DNA of 64,000 nt from an uncultured delta proteobacterium (GTDB lineage: Bacteria; Myxococcota; Kuafuiibacteriia; Kuafuiibacteriales; Kuafuiibacteriaceae), in assembly GCA_963803435.1 (NCBI GenBank), contig CAWDML010000014.1, positions 256,157 through 320,156 of the forward strand. Reading direction: 5' to 3'. Made by a program: the position numbers and the translations under genes. Positions 58,909 through 64,000 of the stretch are shown piece after piece. The notes under the pieces are model-generated. The model ran no database searches. It was given only the letters and a program-made list of their open reading frames with translations, and was not told the DNA's origin. The stretch's first letter is position 1, and every line of letters starts with the position of its first letter.

Positions 58909-61380
58909 TTACCTCTCGATTTCGATCGGAATCGTCGCGAGTGCGGCAATCGCGTTGTAGAGCTCCACCTCTTCGTCGTTAGTTTCGAGGCTCACGATCA
59001 GACTGTAGCGAGCAGGGCTGTCGTAGCGCTCGAGGTGTCTTCTCTCGCGCCACCAACCCGTCACCGGATACACGGCGACATAGCCGCACTCCGCCATCTC
59101 GGCGCCGGTCAGCTCGAACCAGTCGGAGTGGATCGAGCCGCGCGTCCTGCCATCGCTCCCAACGACCCACGGGATGGGAGCGGCGGCCGAAGCGGGCCCG
59201 CTCGGCTCCTCCTCGAGGGCGGAGTCGCTAATCCGGCCGAGGAAGCTGCTCAACTTCTCGGTCGTGCGCTTCACCTCGAAGCGTAGGCCGTGGCTCGCGT
59301 ACCTGTGCCTCCGAGTCCAACCGCGTCGGCCTGGGCTCGGCTCCACGAAATACGAAAGCGTGATCCGCGCTCGGACCGAAACGTCTTGGAGGTCTTCGAG
59401 GATGCCCACCGGCCACGGCAGAGCGTGAAGGTGAAACTCGTTGCTCTTGATGTCGGAACCGTCGCGCTTGAAGGGCTGAAGCGATCCTTCGTAGATCATC
59501 GTCGCCGAATGACCTGCGCTGTAGAGCGCGCGCTCGACATCCGGTCGCCCATACCCGTAGCACCGCAGACGCCGCTGGATGATCCCCTTCGTGTCGCCCG
59601 GAAAGCGCTCGACCATCGCGTTCGTCCACCGCGCCGAGTGCACGATCAAACCCCGGACGGATTCGGGGGAGAGATCCGGATACTCGCTCCAGATCCGCGC
59701 AGCCGTTCCGGCGACGCGCGCGGTGGCCGGACTTGTGTCGCGCGTGATCGTGAAGAGGCGACCAGTCGGGTGGACGATCGTCGTCAGCAGGCCGAGGTCG
59801 TCCGGCGAATCTCTCGATCCATCGGGAGCCGTTGCCCAGTTCCCGCCCTCCTCCACAACGTCAGGTTTGAGTGGCCATTCCTTGTGGTCGGCCTCGGGCC
59901 ATGCCAGCGAAGTGCGGCTGGTCGGTGAGAGATCGCCCGGGGGAGCGATCGGTTGATAGCCGTCGAAATCCGGATGCTCGATCCAGACCTTTTCGGTCAT
60001 CGCCCCAACCGTAAGCGCATTCCAGGCCTGAGCGGGATCTTCGACGCCGCAGCCGTCTCCAAGGAACGGGTACGCGAGAGCGCGATCGAGAATCTGATCC
60101 CGGAGGTTCCCAGAAGACACGCAGACCAGCTTCGGTTCGCCGACCACCTCTCCGCCGGCGGCCATCTGATCGATCGCGCTCGACCATGACGATGGCAGGC
60201 CACCATCGCGCCCATCGGCGGTGATCGCCAGACAGACAGCGCGTTTCCGGTCGGGGGCCACCACCTCTGCACGCGCGACGCCCTCCTGGGTGATGCTCCC
60301 GTACAGCTCGGGATCGTTGGCTCCCTCGTTGGGGAGGATCTTCACCGACTCGAGACGATGCGTCAGAAGGATCGGACCTTCGGAGGCCAGCACCTCCTGG
60401 AGATCTCCATATAGACCGATACCCGCCATCGTCGTCCCGTGCCCGTGGTAGTAGTCGTTGTCGGCGGCTCCCCACTCCGGAACCACGGCCTGTGCGTCCT
60501 CCTCGCGAAGCGCCGGTCGGATGAGCGGATGTCCGCTCGCGATTCCGCTATCGAGAAGGCAAACTGCAGGTGCGTTGAGAGGGGGCGCTTCGATCCGGTT
60601 TAAGAGTTCCTCGGCTTTGACTGCTTGCTCGGCCGGAGGAGCGTCCGCGAAGCCGATCATCAGCAACTTGGCGGCCCGCAGCTCCGCGATCATGAAGAAG
60701 AGTCTCGGTCGAGTCGCCCACTTCTCGAGCGCTCCGTAAACCAGCACCACGACTCGATCCGGGAAGGTCACATAACGCTGCCTTGTCAGCAAACCCGCGA
60801 TCTGCGCCTCCGCCGCGAACTCGTCTCGAGTCTCCTGCGGATGGCGATTGTTCGGGTGCGGAAGCCACACCTCCCACCAGATCTCTTCATCGGCTTCTGG
60901 GAACGGAGCCGTATCGGTCCAGAAGTCCTGCCGAGTGGCGAGTCGAATCCTATCGATGCTCTCGACGAGTCTCTGGTTCTTCGGGCGCCCGCTCTTCTGT
61001 TCCTCAGTCGCGTATCGTTCGAAAATCGCGTCTACGACGTTGAAGCGATCGGCTGGAATCCTCACGGTCGCTCGGACACGGTCCGTCTCGTGGACGACGT
61101 TGAGAAGCTCGATCGACTGCGCCCGTCGCTCCAGCGACTGGACGACCTCGAGTCCGCTCGGCTGCAGCTCATAGGTGACGGAACGAGGAGCCCGAGGATC
61201 GAGGCCAAGATGCTCCGCGGATTCGCGCGCGTGCTCGAGCTCGTCGCGTAGACGTTCCGCGTGCCGTTCACGATCGCGCGGAGGCGCGTTGAAAGTCGCT
61301 CTGCCTCCGCTCGGCGGTCGCGTGTAGTCATGGACCTTCTCTCGACCGGTGAGCCGGATGTGAGAACGCTGGTCGGCCAT
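58909..61380 (-). CDS. S8 (subtilisin-like, Y4bN/IetS-type) serine protease
   Basis: VCLLDSG (D), HGHGTTMAG (H), SSGN, PAQAWNALTVGA, KPDVV, DTSPATA (S), YGYGRP, RYSLIVS. Confidence 0.9.
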   Translation of the reverse strand: MADQRSHIRLTGREKVHDYTRPPSGGRATFNAPPRDRERHAERLRDELEHARESAEHLGLDPRAPRSVTYELQPSGLEVVQSLERRAQSIELLNVVHETDRVRATVRIPADRFNVVDAIFERYATEEQKSGRPKNQRLVESIDRIRLATRQDFWTDTAPFPEADEEIWWEVWLPHPNNRHPQETRDEFAAEAQIAGLLTRQRYVTFPDRVVVLVYGALEKWATRPRLFFMIAELRAAKLLMIGFADAPPAEQAVKAEELLNRIEAPPLNAPAVCLLDSGIASGHPLIRPALREEDAQAVVPEWGAADNDYYHGHGTTMAGIGLYGDLQEVLASEGPILLTHRLESVKILPNEGANDPELYGSITQEGVARAEVVAPDRKRAVCLAITADGRDGGLPSSWSSAIDQMAAGGEVVGEPKLVCVSSGNLRDQILDRALAYPFLGDGCGVEDPAQAWNALTVGAMTEKVWIEHPDFDGYQPIAPPGDLSPTSRTSLAWPEADHKEWPLKPDVVEEGGNWATAPDGSRDSPDDLGLLTTIVHPTGRLFTITRDTSPATARVAGTAARIWSEYPDLSPESVRGLIVHSARWTNAMVERFPGDTKGIIQRRLRCYGYGRPDVERALYSAGHSATMIYEGSLQPFKRDGSDIKSNEFHLHALPWPVGILEDLQDVSVRARITLSYFVEPSPGRRGWTRRHRYASHGLRFEVKRTTEKLSSFLGRISDSALEEEPSGPASAAAPIPWVVGSDGRTRGSIHSDWFELTGAEMAECGYVAVYPVTGWWRERRHLERYDSPARYSLIVSLETNDEEVELYNAIAALATIPIEIER

Positions 61381-61386
61381 CGTTCC

Positions 61387-62369
61387 TTACGCCGTCCGGT
61401 TCGACTGACGGCGCTGTACCGCACGTGCCAGCTCGTCGGTGCGGATCGCAATCCGGTCGTCAAGAACGGCTTCCTTCGCTGCCTCTTCGGCCGCACGCAC
61501 GATATCCGCGTGGCTGAGACCGAGCGCTGCGCTCGTGATCTCGTCCCATGCGACTCCGGACGTATCGAACATCGACAATCGATTCAAGATGAGGGGCACG
61601 ATCATCGACTCCGTCGGAAGATCGTATTCGAGCACCGCATCGAATCGCCGGAACAGCGCCTCGTCGAGCATGGAGCGTAGGTTGGTCGCGGCGACGACAA
61701 TGCTGTTCGAGCTGAGCTGCTCCAAAAACTGGAGAAACGAGTTCAGGACGCGACGTATCTCCCCCACGTCGTTGGTGGAGGCTCGAACGGTCCAATCGCG
61801 TCGAACTCGTCGAACAGATAAACACCCGGGGTCTTCTCCATCGCCTCGAATACGAGATGCAGCTTTGCGGCGGTCTCTCCCATGAACTTCGTGATGAGCG
61901 CGTGAAGCTGGATCGACATGAGAGGGAGCCGACACTCCCCGGCGAGCGCCGACGCGGACATCGTCTTGCCGCAACCCGGCGGCCCGACGAGGAGCAGCTT
62001 CGCTCGGGGCGAAAGACCGTGTGCTCGAAGTTGTTCGCGATGGTGATACTCCTTCACCACGCGGTGGAGCTCGGTACTGAGGTGCTCGGTCAGCACCATG
62101 TCCGAGAGTCGCGTCTCCGGATATCCGGCGACGATGACACCCGCGAGCTCGCGGCTCGGGCGCGCTATCGGCACTGCGCGGGCTGGTCCGACGTGCAGCT
62201 CTCGCTTCCTGGCAGCTTCGTCGAGCAGTGTCCGCAGCTCCTCAGCGAGCTTCTTCTTGCCCTGCTTCGCGGCGCGCGCAGCAATCTGCATGACCACGGC
62301 GCGAAACCGAGCGTCATCTTTCTCCGCGAAGCTCTCGATGAGCGCCTTGAGCTGTTCCGCGGTGGCCAC
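61387..62369 (-). CDS. AAA+ ATPase (IetA-type; apparent frameshift ~61791)
   Basis: Walker A GPPGCGKT, Walker B LFDEFD, NDVGEIRRVLNSFLQ, AATN, LDEALFRRFD; ends 6 bp before the S8 gene. Confidence 0.9.
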
Positions 62370-62863
62370 CGTCCTGCTTCCTATCGCGTCGCACTCTCGG
62401 ATGCGACCCCATCCAAGGTAGTCGCCGGATCGTGGCGAGTCGAGGAAATGCACAGCCCTGGAGGGCGCGCATGGGAGTCGGTGCGCGCTCGACCTGCGCC
62501 CGGAGCTCTGAGGCGGGTCCTTCGGCGCTCCCGAGGTCCCCCGAGCGATCCGGATCCGACCAAATGCGATCCGCCAGGCCGGTCGATGGATCGGATCCGA
62601 CCGTCCGTCCCGAGCTTGCCGCGCGCGGATGCTCCCGCAAATGAAGAGCGCTCCGAGGCTCCGCGCGTGCATCCTTCCAGTGGTCTCTCGTCTCCAAACC
62701 GCACATCCGGTTCCTTGTCGACTGAACCCGGGTCCCCGACCGCCCAGCGCCGGCGGCACTACACATGGGATGCATGTGACCGATGACGGTTCTCTCACCC
62801 TCGCTCGCACTGGCCAATCGGACAGACTCGCTCGCCCAACGGGCGTGTTGCTACACTCGGGCC

Positions 62864-63712
62864 GTGCACCGGCCGCTTGTCTTGCTATTCGTTGCCGTCG
62901 TTGTCGCAACCGGGTGCGCGAAAAATTCCAAGTCTCAGGGGAACGAGCTTGAGCCGTGCTTCCCGAACAATACTTGTCTCGGAGATCTCACCTGCGCGAG
63001 CGGGATTTGCGTTCACGTCCAAGTCGATCCGCCGGACGCTGGCGATGACGCCGTGCGGAACGCGATGTCGCTCGGTGACGACGGGGGACCGCTCGAGATC
63101 GAAGACGGCGGAGCACTCACGGATTCCAGCACGCCCGACTCAGGTCCCACGCCTCAGTGCGTCGCCATGTGCTCCCACGTCTATGGCGACTGCTCCTTAG
63201 GCTTTGCGTACGACGGACGGAACATTGATGTCGACGAATGCGCCGAGCTTTGCAGCGAAGGCCTGTTTGCCGGGACCGAGAGCTGCCTTGAAGGCATCGC
63301 TTGCTCCGTCTACGAACTCCACGAGTGTCTCGGGATCCCTCCGCCCGAATGCGCCACCAAGGCTCGATGCACCATCGCCGAGATCGAGCCCGGGATTCCA
63401 GAGGATGGCATCGGGCTCTGCACGATCGCCAATGATGGCTCCGAGGTCTGGTCCTTCCAAAGGTGGTGTGAGCCCGACGGTCGATTCTCAGACTCCCAAG
63501 CGTTTACTGGTTGCAGCATCTCGGATGGGGTCGCGGGCCCTCTGCCGCTGTGCGTGGATTGCGCGCCCGTCGGTGAAGAATACGTCGATCCTGTTGTGCA
63601 GACGAACTGCGGAGGAATGGGTTTCCGGAACGTCCGGCTTCAATGCCAGGTGAGGTACATCGAGGAGCACGGCTACTACTACCAGGGGGCGGTTCCCATC
63701 ACGTGCAACTGA
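62864..63712 (+). CDS. Cys-rich lipoprotein
   Basis: GTG start, VLLFVAVVVATGC lipobox, many Cys, Asp/Gly/Pro-rich linker. Confidence 0.7.
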   Translation: MHRPLVLLFVAVVVATGCAKNSKSQGNELEPCFPNNTCLGDLTCASGICVHVQVDPPDAGDDAVRNAMSLGDDGGPLEIEDGGALTDSSTPDSGPTPQCVAMCSHVYGDCSLGFAYDGRNIDVDECAELCSEGLFAGTESCLEGIACSVYELHECLGIPPPECATKARCTIAEIEPGIPEDGIGLCTIANDGSEVWSFQRWCEPDGRFSDSQAFTGCSISDGVAGPLPLCVDCAPVGEEYVDPVVQTNCGGMGFRNVRLQCQVRYIEEHGYYYQGAVPITCN

Positions 63713-63811
63713 GCATCCCTCCGTTCCGCGGCGAGCTCGGCTGCCAGCCCCCGACCAGGTTCGATCACAGATCACGTCTCGTTCGACATCAGGACCGTCC
63801 CGCTCTCATCG

Positions 63812-64000
63812 TTAGTTGATGCACTGCCGAACGCCTGGTGCCCAGGAGTCCCATATATCCGTCAGCTGATGATCGGACACCTTGCGTGCCACCGCGACGT
63901 CGCAAGGCTCGTCGAGACACGCGGCAGCATCACGTCGCACGTCCGGAGAAAGGTGCGCGTAGCGCATCGTCATCTCCATCGTCGAATGCCCCATCAGCTC
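63812..64000 (-). CDS. Second tyrosine integrase, C-terminal part only (5' end outside window)
   Basis: ELMGHSTMEMTMRYAHLSPDVRRDA is identical to the first integrase. Confidence 0.85.
   Translation of the reverse strand, partial: ELMGHSTMEMTMRYAHLSPDVRRDAAACLDEPCDVAVARKVSDHQLTDIWDSWAPGVRQCIN

Larger units (their letters stand above)
54301..64000. mobile_element. Genomic island integrated at the tmRNA 3' end (continues past the window)
   Basis: Tyrosine integrase next to the ssrA 3' end, cargo with more A/T-ending codons, defence-type genes and a second integrase at the window edge. The distal att site is not visible. Confidence 0.85.

Noticed and set aside
63758-63765. GGTTCGAT as the distal att copy of the tmRNA 3' end
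   Set aside because: Only 8 bp match; the flanks do not match the T-stem or acceptor sequence.

Overview
High-GC bacterial chromosomal window, most consistent with Myxococcota/deltaproteobacteria (inferred from RpoB/C, L11 and myxobacterial-type PEGA, CHAT and integrase genes). Left to right it holds: (1) an alpha-glucan cluster (malQ, lipoprotein isoamylase, GH31 with LGFP repeats, an unusual GH13); (2) the core cluster tRNA-Thr/Tyr/Gly/Thr/Trp-secE-nusG-rplKAJL-rpoBC, with no tuf or rpmG; (3) rlmB and pyrF; (4) a long minus-strand run from pspA, a HEAT protein, a degenerate HD-GYP and glpD to a 2805-aa PD40/TPR/CHAT lipoprotein; (5) truD, a nucleotide-sugar dehydrogenase, selB, sspB and a one-piece tmRNA; (6) a genomic island at the tmRNA 3' end. 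The island carries a tyrosine integrase, a HEPN-motif protein, a TIR/NDT-like protein, an orphan gene, an IetAS-like AAA+/S8 pair and a Cys-rich lipoprotein, and the window ends in the 3' end of a second, near-identical integrase. The most interesting signals are a sharp identity breakpoint inside the 3' ends of the two integrases, which delimits a 9.27-kb cargo module, and an array of paired GCTGTC repeats with a 64-bp period between tmRNA and integrase. About nine single-base frameshifts, one in the essential rpoC, indicate sequencing indel errors. All calls come from reading motifs by eye; no searches were run.
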